Positions 16,878 through 24,000 of a stretch of 24,000 nucleotides of DNA are shown piece by piece (within the stretch, counting starts at the first letter, position 1; each line of letters begins with the position of its first letter). Origin of the DNA: Sulfolobales archaeon Acd1. GTDB lineage: Archaea > Thermoproteota > Thermoprotei_A > Sulfolobales > Sulfolobaceae. The DNA lies in contig APJY01000001.1 in NCBI GenBank assembly GCA_000389735.1, forward strand, positions 499,064 through 523,063. Reading direction: 5' to 3'. Made by a program: the position numbers and the translations under genes. The notes under the pieces were generated by a model. That model worked only from the letters and a program-made list of their open reading frames with translations. It was not told the origin of the DNA and ran no database searches.

Positions 16878-17740
16878 CTTATCACCTTCTCTATGTCGAC
16901 CACCACTATGTCGCTCGCGCCCTTTGACTTAGCCGAAAATATCACCCTGGCCAGCTCGGACTCGTCCACGACAGTTATCACCTCCCACGCGTTCTCCTTA
17001 GCCAGCCTCGTAACTGTCGGGGACTTCATGGCCGGAAGGACGGAGAGGACGTCGTTGAGCCTGTCGTCGGGGACGTTCATGAAGAGCATCTTCTTGTTCC
17101 TAGCTGCCAGCGTGCCCTTGACCAGCGTGATTATCATGTTTATAGTCTCAGCCTCGGGACTGGAGAGCCAATCCTCCCTGGCAACGACCACCGCCCCCGT
17201 CTCTAACACCGTGTCGATCGCCTTAAGTCCGTGGAGCCTCAGGGTAGTCCCGGTGCTCATTACGTCGATTATGGCGTCCGCCGCCCCAAGCGAGGGCATC
17301 GCCTCTGCGGCTCCGCTGATCTTAACGATCTTGGCATTCAGCCCCTTCCTGTTAACGTAATCCTGGGCTAAGTTGACGTACTTGGTCGCTATCCTTATTT
17401 CGCCCCTGATGTCCTCGACCGAGCTGACGCTCCAGTCTTGCGGGACGGCGAACACTATCTTCGCCTTCCCGAAGTCCAGGTGAGCTAAAGTAGCGACCCT
17501 AGCCCTCGCCTCAACGACGTAGTCGTAACCGGTTATCCCTATGTCCGCCGCACCCGCCTCCACTATGCTCGGGATGTCCTCGGTTCTGACCAGCACGAGC
17601 TGAACGTCCTCCCAGTTCGTGGGTACTATTAACGCCCTGTCCTCCCCCATCAGGGGCCTGATGCCCAGGGACTGGATGAAGTTCAACGTGGGCTGTTGAA
17701 GCCTACCCTTATTCGGAACCGCTATCTTCAAGCACATCAC
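16874..17740 (-). CDS. hisG: ATP phosphoribosyltransferase (long form)
   Basis: 288 aa by the track; ATG 17737 and TTG 17731 are also possible starts. N-terminal LKIAVPNKGRL. C-terminal regulatory domain present. Confidence 0.9.
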   Translation of the reverse strand: MMCLKIAVPNKGRLQQPTLNFIQSLGIRPLMGEDRALIVPTNWEDVQLVLVRTEDIPSIVEAGAADIGITGYDYVVEARARVATLAHLDFGKAKIVFAVPQDWSVSSVEDIRGEIRIATKYVNLAQDYVNRKGLNAKIVKISGAAEAMPSLGAADAIIDVMSTGTTLRLHGLKAIDTVLETGAVVVAREDWLSSPEAETINMIITLVKGTLAARNKKMLFMNVPDDRLNDVLSVLPAMKSPTVTRLAKENAWEVITVVDESELARVIFSAKSKGASDIVVVDIEKVIR

Positions 17741-18806
17741 CCATGACCTTAATCAATTCCCTAACCTGCTCCCTAGTGCCGACGGAGACCCTGTAGAAGT
17801 CCTCCCAGAGCTTCCTTATGGCGAAACCGCTCCTCATCAGGGGGTCCAGGAGGTTGCCCTTATACCTGAAGAGGACGAAGTTCGTCACGGAGTTGTAAGC
17901 CCTCAGCCTTAACCTCCTCAAGGAGGCTATCAACTCTTCCCTCACCTTCGAAACCTGTCTCACGAGCTCACGGACGTAACTCGGGTTCTCCAGGGCTGTT
18001 ACGGCGGCGACGTAACCTATGACGTTAACGTCGAAGGGGGTCCAGGCCTTCTGAAGGTTCCTGATGACCTCCCTCGACCCTAAAAGGTAACCTACCCTCA
18101 GGGAAGCCATGGAGAAGGCCTTGCTGAAGGTCCTGACTATCAACAGGTTCGGGATCTCCTCGACCATCTTGGCCGCTGTGTAGCCGGCGAACTCGTGGTA
18201 AGCCTCGTCTATGAGCACGAAGCCGTCAACCGCCTCAGCCAGGGACTCTATTAGCTCCTCCTTGGCCTGGAGCATAGGAGAGCCGGTCGGGTTGTTGGGG
18301 TCGTCGATGACCACGAGCCTAGCCCCCTTGGCCTTCTCGATCAGAGAGTCGAGGTCCTCCTTCCACCACTCCCCGTCCTCCCTTAGGCTCACCTTTTCCA
18401 CCCTGAATCCCCTCACCTTAGAGTAGACCCAAAACATGCTGTAGGACGGGTAGTTGAGGACCACCCTATCGCCCGGGTTGGCCAGGTTGTAGAACACCAT
18501 CTTTATGGCCCCGTCCCCGCCGGCGGTGGGAAGCACGTTGCCGGGCTCGACTTTACAATACTCAGCCACCAGCTCCTTGAACCTCTCCGCGACGCTAGGG
18601 TGGATGTACTTGTTCACCTCGCTGAGCCTCTGGGCTGCCTTCTCCAGGACCTCCCTCGGAGGGGGCAGAGGGGACTCGTTCAGGTGTAACCTAACGCCGG
18701 AAAGTATGTCGTCGAAGCTGTAAGCCTCGGCCTCCTTCAAATAGCTGGGGATCAGTTCGTTAACGTTCAGACGTTTTCGGGTTGGTGCAATATCGGACCC
18801 CTTCAT
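17709..18806 (-). CDS. hisC: Histidinol-phosphate aminotransferase
   Basis: 365 aa. Contains VRLHLNESPLPPP, NPNNPTG and the PLP-Lys context RTFSKAFSMASLRVGY. Confidence 0.9.
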   Translation of the reverse strand: MKGSDIAPTRKRLNVNELIPSYLKEAEAYSFDDILSGVRLHLNESPLPPPREVLEKAAQRLSEVNKYIHPSVAERFKELVAEYCKVEPGNVLPTAGGDGAIKMVFYNLANPGDRVVLNYPSYSMFWVYSKVRGFRVEKVSLREDGEWWKEDLDSLIEKAKGARLVVIDDPNNPTGSPMLQAKEELIESLAEAVDGFVLIDEAYHEFAGYTAAKMVEEIPNLLIVRTFSKAFSMASLRVGYLLGSREVIRNLQKAWTPFDVNVIGYVAAVTALENPSYVRELVRQVSKVREELIASLRRLRLRAYNSVTNFVLFRYKGNLLDPLMRSGFAIRKLWEDFYRVSVGTREQVRELIKVMGDVLEDSGSE

Positions 18807-18842
18807 ACCTTTTTAGCGTTGCTTATAAATGTAACAGAAGGC
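18807..18842. promoter_or_regulatory. Compact divergent promoter region between hisC and the hypothetical wHTH gene (CTTTTTAGCG 18809-18818; CTTATAAAT 18822-18830)
   Basis: Two A/T-rich elements sit in 36 nt between ATG 18806 (minus) and ATG 18843 (plus). Which box serves which strand is uncertain: the spacing of the TTTATAAG box to the hisC ATG is only about 17 nt. Confidence 0.3.
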
Positions 18843-19463
18843 ATGGGGGTCGTACAGGAGCTCCTCAGAGAGCCTACCCTAGTCGTCAGCTATTACAGCT
18901 CCGCGTCCGTTGCTCTAATCTTCTCCGCCTGGGAGGAGCTAGGGGGGCAGGGGAGGGAAGTCTGCGTCGTGAACTTCGACAGGATCCCCAAGGAGCTACT
19001 GAGCGTCGCTCCCAATTACCCCTTGAGGTGCTCCGAGAGCTCGGAGAACTTGGTATACATGGCGCAGAAACCGAGTGAGGTGCCGCTGAGGTTCAGGCTG
19101 GTCACTGCGATCAAGAGGGTAATCGAGGACGTTAGGTGGGCTAGGGTCGACAAGGTGGATGGGAACCTGTACAGGATCTGGACGGGGAACCAGGTTCACC
19201 TTTTCAGAGTAGTCGACTGGAGGGTCAAGGACGAGCCCCTGCCCCCTCTGAGCGCAGCCATCATCGAGGTCCTCGAGGAGTACGGGGGGTCCCTGCCGTA
19301 TAAGGACGTGGTGCTAATAGTCTCAGGGAAAGCGAAGGCGAGCAGGGAGCAGGTGAGGAACGGTCTGGCTTTCTTGAAGAGTTTAGGGGTTTTAGAAATA
19401 GAAAACGGGAATGTCTCACTCAATAAGTATAGCGGGCTTAAGGGGAGCGGCGGTCTTCTTTGA
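18843..19463 (+). CDS. Hypothetical protein with a C-terminal winged-helix-like domain
   Basis: 206 aa from ATG 18843; the track's TTG 18819 gives 214 aa. The C-terminal 70 aa (LSAAIIEVLEEYGGSLPYKDVVLIVSGKAKASREQVRNGLAFLKSLGVLEIENGNVSL) looks like a wHTH. The N-terminal domain is unrecognised. The 3' end overlaps the leuS 3' end by 48 nt. Confidence 0.5.
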   Translation: MGVVQELLREPTLVVSYYSSASVALIFSAWEELGGQGREVCVVNFDRIPKELLSVAPNYPLRCSESSENLVYMAQKPSEVPLRFRLVTAIKRVIEDVRWARVDKVDGNLYRIWTGNQVHLFRVVDWRVKDEPLPPLSAAIIEVLEEYGGSLPYKDVVLIVSGKAKASREQVRNGLAFLKSLGVLEIENGNVSLNKYSGLKGSGGLL

Positions 19464-22259
19464 GTCCTTCAGCTCGGACTCGGGATAGACCTCCACCGTG
19501 AGGCCCAGCCTCGACTGTATGAACCTCAGCTCCCTTTCGTAAATCCCCCTTTCGTCGAAGTCGTAACCCAGAAGTAGCTTCCTCTGGAACGAGGGCATCT
19601 CCGTGGCCAACTGGTAGTACTTGACGATTATCTGCGAGTCCCTCCTGTCTACCCTTTGAACCACTTGCTTGAGGGGCACGCCGTTCTCTACGGCCTCAAC
19701 CGCCTTCCTCATGAGCTCCGTCCTCTCCTTGGATGCAACGTAGACTTTGACCTTGCTCGGCTTGCCCTTGTAGACGTTGAGTATGGCCCTTACGTCGTTT
19801 ATGAGCGCCTTGACCTGCTCGTGCTCTAGGAGTATTTGCCTGTCCACCTGGGCCTCGTCCACTTCAGGCCATAGCTCGGTGACCACGAACGTGGAGTTGC
19901 CGAGCCTGTGCCACATCTCCTCGGCCAAGTGAGGAGCGAAGGGGGCCACCATCTTGGTCCATAAGGTCATTAGCTCCCTCAGCAGGCTCCCGTTCGGCTC
20001 GTTCCCGTACGTCTTGGTCAGCTCCATGTACTCCTTGAGGGCGTCGGCCAGCGCGAATATCAGGGTGGTTCCCGCGGTCCTCAGGTCGAACTTCTCCATG
20101 GCCTTGGTTACATCAAGCGCGGCGTTCAGGAAGGCCGCCCTTATCCACCTCTCCGTCCAGTCGAACTGCGTGCCCTTGTACTTCTCCAGGGACTCGACCA
20201 ACTCGTAGAAGAACCTGAGGCTCTCACCTATGGACTTCGCGTACCTCTCCGAGAAGTCGATGTCGGTGCCGAAGTCGGCCAGGGAGGTCACGGCGATCCT
20301 CACGACGTCAGTGCCGTAAAGCCTCAAGGCCTTCAGCACCGGCACTATGTTCCTCAGAGACTTACTCATCTTCTTGCCCTCGTACAGCACGAAGCCGTTC
20401 ACCGCTATCGCCCTGGGCCACAACTCCTCAGGGAATATCGCGGCGTGGTTGAAGATGAAGAAGGAGAGGTGGTTGGGGATCAGGTCCTTGCCGCTGTGCC
20501 TGACGTCGAGGGGGTACCAGTAGGTGAACTCCCTCCTCATCCCTTCTATTACGTCCTTCGGAACCCCCGTCTTCGCTGACACCTCCTCGGGGCTTCCGAG
20601 CCCCAGCATCACGTAGTCCCAGAACTCCTCCGTGAGCTGGTTGGCGTAGAGCTTGTTCTCCTTAATCCTATGGGCGACGGTGTAGTAAGCCATGTAAATC
20701 GTGGAGTCGCTCAGGCTCTCTATGATCCACTTCTTATCCCAGGGCAGGGGAGTCCCCAAACCTCTAGTCCTGGCGCAGGCCCTCTTCTGGAGCCAATCCG
20801 CGACGTAGAGGAAGTCCTTCCTGGCGTCCTCAGGATAGAACGTCATTTCCGATATGAGCTTCTTCGCCAAGGACTTCCACTCGGGATTCCCGTAATCCAG
20901 GAACCACTGATCCTTCAGCACCTTGACCACTATCTCGTTGCCGCACCTGCAGTAGACGGGCCTGTTCATCACCTCGTACATCTTCGAGCCCAAACCTCTG
21001 CTGATCAGGAACTCCGTCACCCTCTGCCTCGCCTCGGGGACTGAAAGCCCTTTGAAGCCCTTGAAATTCTCCACGAACCCTGGGGCAACCAATCCTGAGA
21101 CGTCCTTCATCCTTCCCTTGTTGTACTCTATCCTGTAAACGTCCTGCGTCAGTTTCTCCAGATCCTTATCGTTTTTCGGGTTCGTCTGTTCCACCATCAA
21201 CGCCGCCAAAGCGTCCTTCCCTTCCGCTTCTATCACGGAGACGACCTCGGGCTCCCTCCTCAGCACCTTCTTCATGTAGTAGTAGTCGAAGGGAGCGTGT
21301 GCGGGGACGCTCATCACAACCCCAGTGGCCGTGTCGGGGTCGACGAAGGAGGCCCCCAGGACGGGAATCTCCCTCCCCGTTATCGGGTTCCTCACCACAA
21401 GCTTAGTGAGCTCCGAGCCCTTCACGCTCCCCACGACCTTAACGTCGTCCCTCTGGAACTGGAGCTTCAGCGCCCCCCTCTCTGTGACCACCATCCTCCT
21501 GTTGCCCACCTCTACTATCTTATACTCCAGGTTCGGGTTAACCCAGACCGCTACAGCACCGAAGATCGTTTCCGGTCTGAGGGTGGCGGCCGGGAAGGTC
21601 AAGTCGTTAGAATCGAAGAATATTAGCACGAACTCGCCTATCTCCGGCTCCACGTCGCCCTTGGTGTCGTGCATCCCCACGGGGATGTGGTGAACGGGGC
21701 ACCACCCAACAGGGTGAGTGTCCCTAACGAGGAACCCCTTCGCGTTGAGTTTCCTGAACTGCCAAACTATGAACGACGAGAACTCCGGATCGATTGTGGT
21801 GAACTCCCTCCTCCAATCAACGCTCAGGCCTAAAGCCTTCATGCCCTCCTTAATCTTCTCCTTGAAGTAGTTCGCCATGAAGAGGGGATCCGTGAGTTTC
21901 GGGATGACGTCGTTAGGGATCTCGTAAATGTCGGTGAAGATAGAAATCAGGTCCTTATCGCCCTTAGCGACGTCGTCGGCCATCGCGATTATCGGGGTTC
22001 CGGTGTAATGGAAGCCCATAGGGAATAGGACGTTGAACCCTCTCATCTTCTTGAACCTGGCTACGATGTCGGCGGTCACATACGTCCTGGCGTGACCGAT
22101 GTGCATGGGCGAGTTAGGGTAGGGGAAGGCGGCGGTCGTGAAGAACTTCCTCGCCCCCTCCTTGGGGTTCGCCTCGTATATTCTAGCCCTCTCCCACTCG
22201 GACTGCCACTTCCGCGCTATCTCGTTGAGGAAGTTGATGAACTCCTCGGCGGTAGTAAT
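19416..22259 (-). CDS. leuS: Leucyl-tRNA synthetase; proposed non-canonical ATT start at 22259..22257
   Basis: HIGH (PMHIGHARTY) and KMSKS (KKMSKSLRN) motifs, with CP1 editing domain length. The track's first Met (22106) lies inside the HIGH motif. The frame stays open to TAA 22283..22281 and encodes a conserved-looking N-terminus (FINFLNEIARKWQSEWERARIYEANP...) with no ATG, GTG or TTG. Confidence 0.9.
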   Translation of the reverse strand: MTTAEEFINFLNEIARKWQSEWERARIYEANPKEGARKFFTTAAFPYPNSPMHIGHARTYVTADIVARFKKMRGFNVLFPMGFHYTGTPIIAMADDVAKGDKDLISIFTDIYEIPNDVIPKLTDPLFMANYFKEKIKEGMKALGLSVDWRREFTTIDPEFSSFIVWQFRKLNAKGFLVRDTHPVGWCPVHHIPVGMHDTKGDVEPEIGEFVLIFFDSNDLTFPAATLRPETIFGAVAVWVNPNLEYKIVEVGNRRMVVTERGALKLQFQRDDVKVVGSVKGSELTKLVVRNPITGREIPVLGASFVDPDTATGVVMSVPAHAPFDYYYMKKVLRREPEVVSVIEAEGKDALAALMVEQTNPKNDKDLEKLTQDVYRIEYNKGRMKDVSGLVAPGFVENFKGFKGLSVPEARQRVTEFLISRGLGSKMYEVMNRPVYCRCGNEIVVKVLKDQWFLDYGNPEWKSLAKKLISEMTFYPEDARKDFLYVADWLQKRACARTRGLGTPLPWDKKWIIESLSDSTIYMAYYTVAHRIKENKLYANQLTEEFWDYVMLGLGSPEEVSAKTGVPKDVIEGMRREFTYWYPLDVRHSGKDLIPNHLSFFIFNHAAIFPEELWPRAIAVNGFVLYEGKKMSKSLRNIVPVLKALRLYGTDVVRIAVTSLADFGTDIDFSERYAKSIGESLRFFYELVESLEKYKGTQFDWTERWIRAAFLNAALDVTKAMEKFDLRTAGTTLIFALADALKEYMELTKTYGNEPNGSLLRELMTLWTKMVAPFAPHLAEEMWHRLGNSTFVVTELWPEVDEAQVDRQILLEHEQVKALINDVRAILNVYKGKPSKVKVYVASKERTELMRKAVEAVENGVPLKQVVQRVDRRDSQIIVKYYQLATEMPSFQRKLLLGYDFDERGIYERELRFIQSRLGLTVEVYPESELKDSKKTAAPLKPAILIE

Positions 22260-22310
22260 CGTTCGATCACCTGAATCGGCTTAAATTGGGGGCAATATTA
22301 AAAGCAAAAC
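22260..22310. promoter_or_regulatory. Divergent leuS / adenosyltransferase promoter region (TTAAATT 22281-22287; AATATTAAAA 22294-22303; SD-like AGGTGATC on the minus strand 22272..22265)
   Basis: TTAAAT is centred about 27 nt upstream of GTG 22311 (plus strand). TTTTAATATT, read on the minus strand, is centred about 26 nt upstream of position 22272. Confidence 0.4.
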
Positions 22311-22844
22311 GTGTTCACGAGGGAGGGCGATAAGGGAGATACGAGCGTAGTAGCGAAGAGGGTAGGTAAGGACAGTCCTTTAGTTAACTTCCTAGGAGAC
22401 CTGGACGAACTGAGTTCGTTCCTCGGTTTCGCCGCTTCCAAAATACCCTGGCCCGACATGAAGGAGGACATCTACAAGATCCAGATACACCTGTTCGAGA
22501 TAGGCGAGGACGTAGCCACCGACAGTCAGAAGAAGAGGATAACGGAGGAGTACGTGAAGTTCCTTGAGGAAAGGACTGTGGCGTACAGGAAGGAGTCAGG
22601 GCCCGTGAAGCTCTTCGTGTTGCCGGGGGGTTCGGAGGTGGCCTCAGCTATCCACCTGGCGAGGGCCGTGGCCAGGAGGGTGGAAAGGGGGGCAGTGAAG
22701 CTCTCGAAGGAGATACCGGAAATGAACAAGACGATCATAGTCTACCTTAACAGGCTCTCGTCGTTGCTCTTCGCCATGGCCGTACTGGCTAACAAGAGGC
22801 TCGGAGCAGAGGAGAGGTATTACGACATAGGCAAGTACTGGTAG
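22311..22844 (+). CDS. ATP:cob(I)alamin adenosyltransferase, PduO type
   Basis: 177 aa. N-terminal [10 protein letters not shown] (the T-x-x-GD-x-G-x-T signature). Contains [14 protein letters not shown] and a helical-bundle remainder ([10 protein letters not shown]). Confidence 0.85.
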   Translation: MFTREGDKGDTSVVAKRVGKDSPLVNFLGDLDELSSFLGFAASKIPWPDMKEDIYKIQIHLFEIGEDVATDSQKKRITEEYVKFLEERTVAYRKESGPVKLFVLPGGSEVASAIHLARAVARRVERGAVKLSKEIPEMNKTIIVYLNRLSSLLFAMAVLANKRLGAEERYYDIGKYW

Positions 22845-22859
22845 CGATCGTGAAACCCT

Positions 22860-23834
22860 TCAACGGCTAACGAGGGAGGCGTACTTTGGGGTAAGCCCGC
22901 TGGCGAGCAGAAGCTCGCAGTTCTTGCATATTTCCCTCCCGTAGCTCGTCGGCTCCCCGCATATCCTGCACCTAGGCAACTGGTGTCTCGGGAGGGCCTT
23001 CAACATCTCCCTCTTCCTCTCGCCGGCCAGTCTGTCGAACTCCTCCAACAACCTCAAGAGAGCGCCCGGGGCCTTGGACTCGAGGGAGTAAAGTAGCTCT
23101 CTCACCTTCGCTCTCAGGGTCGGCCTTTGAGAGATGTAGGGGCACTCAACCTCCTGAAACTCGTAGCCCTTGAAGTAGGCGTACATCGTGGTCTCCCACT
23201 CGTACACCCTCCTCAGGGGCTTCACCCTCTGAACGAAATAGTCGCTCAGCCTCAGCGGCTCCTCACCCTCTCTAATTAGCCTTGAGGTGTCGCCCCTCAG
23301 GAAGTTTATGACGTAGGTCTGAACCTCGTCGTCCAAGTTGTGCCCTGTGGCGACGAAGTCCGCCCCCACTTCCCTTGCCACCTCGTTTATCAGCTTCCTC
23401 CTGAAGCCCCCGCAGAACGTGCATGCGGAGACGTTGAGGCCCTTCACTTTGGAGGCCTGAACCATCTCGTCGAGCGTGTAGCCCACTTGGGACTTGAACG
23501 AGCCCTTGAGGAGCTCTATCCCCCTCCCCCTGAGGAAGCCCTCCAGCTTGGCTACGTGCTCTTCTCTATTGTAACCGCTTATCCCTTCCGTTATGTTGTA
23601 AGCGATCAGCTTTACTCCCTTCAGTACCTCGGCCAACGCGTCGGCGAGTACGTAGCTGTCCTTCCCCCCAGATACCGCCAGAAGCACTTTCCTGGCCTTG
23701 AAGAGTCCTTGTCTTTCGGCCTCCTGCCTCACCCTCTCCCTGACGTCGTTTATGAAGCACTCCTTACAGAGCCTTCTGCCGGTATGGGGTTGGAAAACCT
23801 CAGCCTCCCTAACCTTACAGACGTCGCAATTCAT
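22860..23834 (-). CDS. ttuA: PP-loop ATPase of the TtuA/Ncs6 family (tRNA 2-thiolation, TtuA-like architecture)
   Basis: 324 aa. N-terminal Zn finger CDVC...CKEC, PP-loop SGGKDS, cluster Cys (CTFCGGFRR ... ECPY), GHNLDDE, and C-terminal Zn finger CRICGE...CKNC. Confidence 0.75.
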   Translation of the reverse strand: MNCDVCKVREAEVFQPHTGRRLCKECFINDVRERVRQEAERQGLFKARKVLLAVSGGKDSYVLADALAEVLKGVKLIAYNITEGISGYNREEHVAKLEGFLRGRGIELLKGSFKSQVGYTLDEMVQASKVKGLNVSACTFCGGFRRKLINEVAREVGADFVATGHNLDDEVQTYVINFLRGDTSRLIREGEEPLRLSDYFVQRVKPLRRVYEWETTMYAYFKGYEFQEVECPYISQRPTLRAKVRELLYSLESKAPGALLRLLEEFDRLAGERKREMLKALPRHQLPRCRICGEPTSYGREICKNCELLLASGLTPKYASLVSR

Positions 23835-23841
23835 TTACTCC

Positions 23842-24000
23842 CTAGTCCCTCTTCTTAACGCTACTAACTAGCTTTTTCCCGCTAGCCACCTCGTCGATGC
23901 TGTGGATAGCAGCCCCAGACTCTTCCAATACGTTCTTGACGGCCTCGAAGTCCACGCCATCGCCCTCAACGATCACCATTAAGCCCATAGTCTCTACGTC
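23842..24000 (-). CDS. DUF211 (COG1888) family protein, C-terminal 52 codons; 5' end beyond the window
   Basis: Not in the ORF track. My translation of the minus strand from 24000 is [52 protein letters not shown], then stop (TAG, 23844..23842). The [10 protein letters not shown] signature matches my memory of DUF211. The stop is 7 nt before the ttuA ATG. Confidence 0.6.
   Translation of the reverse strand, partial: DVETMGLMVIVEGDGVDFEAVKNVLEESGAAIHSIDEVASGKKLVSSVKKRD

Noticed and set aside
1-24000. Looked for CRISPR repeats, IS/transposase or integrase genes, tRNA/rRNA genes, toxin-antitoxin pairs and defence-island hallmarks.
   Set aside because: None seen. Intergenic space is very short; the longest gap is about 100 nt. 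I noticed no direct-repeat arrays, and every large ORF has a housekeeping assignment or is a single orphan. This visual scan cannot exclude short or degenerate repeats.

Overview
The window is a dense, almost fully coding core-chromosome segment. It looks like a hyperthermophilic crenarchaeon: AGG/AGA Arg and ATA Ile codons, frequent GTG/TTG starts, A/T-rich TATA-like boxes about 25-27 nt before the first gene of each unit, and GGTGA/GGAGG Shine-Dalgarno motifs before internal genes. I cannot name the organism.

Layout, left to right:
- 3' part of a PhoU-domain gene.
- A bipolar pyrimidine cluster: pyrE-pyrF plus a JAMM-like ORF on the minus strand, and pyrB-pyrI-pyrK-pyrC-pyrD plus two small ORFs on the plus strand, diverging from a 63-bp promoter region.
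- A MarC-family membrane protein, an Lrp/AsnC regulator, a TFS-like single zinc-ribbon protein, an 81-aa ORF and a 504-aa radical SAM enzyme.
- On the minus strand, serS, a DUF59/MIP18 Fe-S assembly protein, and a complete histidine operon hisC-G-A-B-F-D-E-H-I whose eight junctions all overlap.
- A 200-aa-class hypothetical protein with a C-terminal winged helix.
- leuS, a PduO-type cobalamin adenosyltransferase, a TtuA-like tRNA thiolation PP-loop ATPase, and a partial DUF211 gene at the right edge that is missing from the ORF track.

I found no tRNA or rRNA genes, CRISPR arrays, IS elements, integrases, or recognisable defence or mobile modules. I cannot support a claim of a novel multi-gene system here.

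The items most worth follow-up are single genes or gene pairs:
1. leuS has no canonical start codon upstream of its HIGH motif. An SD-preceded ATT is the most plausible initiator; an assembly indel is the alternative.
2. A divergent JAMM/MPN-like ORF sits at the end of pyrEF.
3. Two overlapping small ORFs, one carrying an HGHEHHHHHEHEH tract, sit at the end of the pyrBIKCD operon.
4. A TFS N-terminal zinc ribbon has an acidic tail in place of the catalytic C-terminal ribbon.
5. A radical SAM enzyme of unknown function.

All functional calls rest on motifs I recognised by eye. No database search was run.
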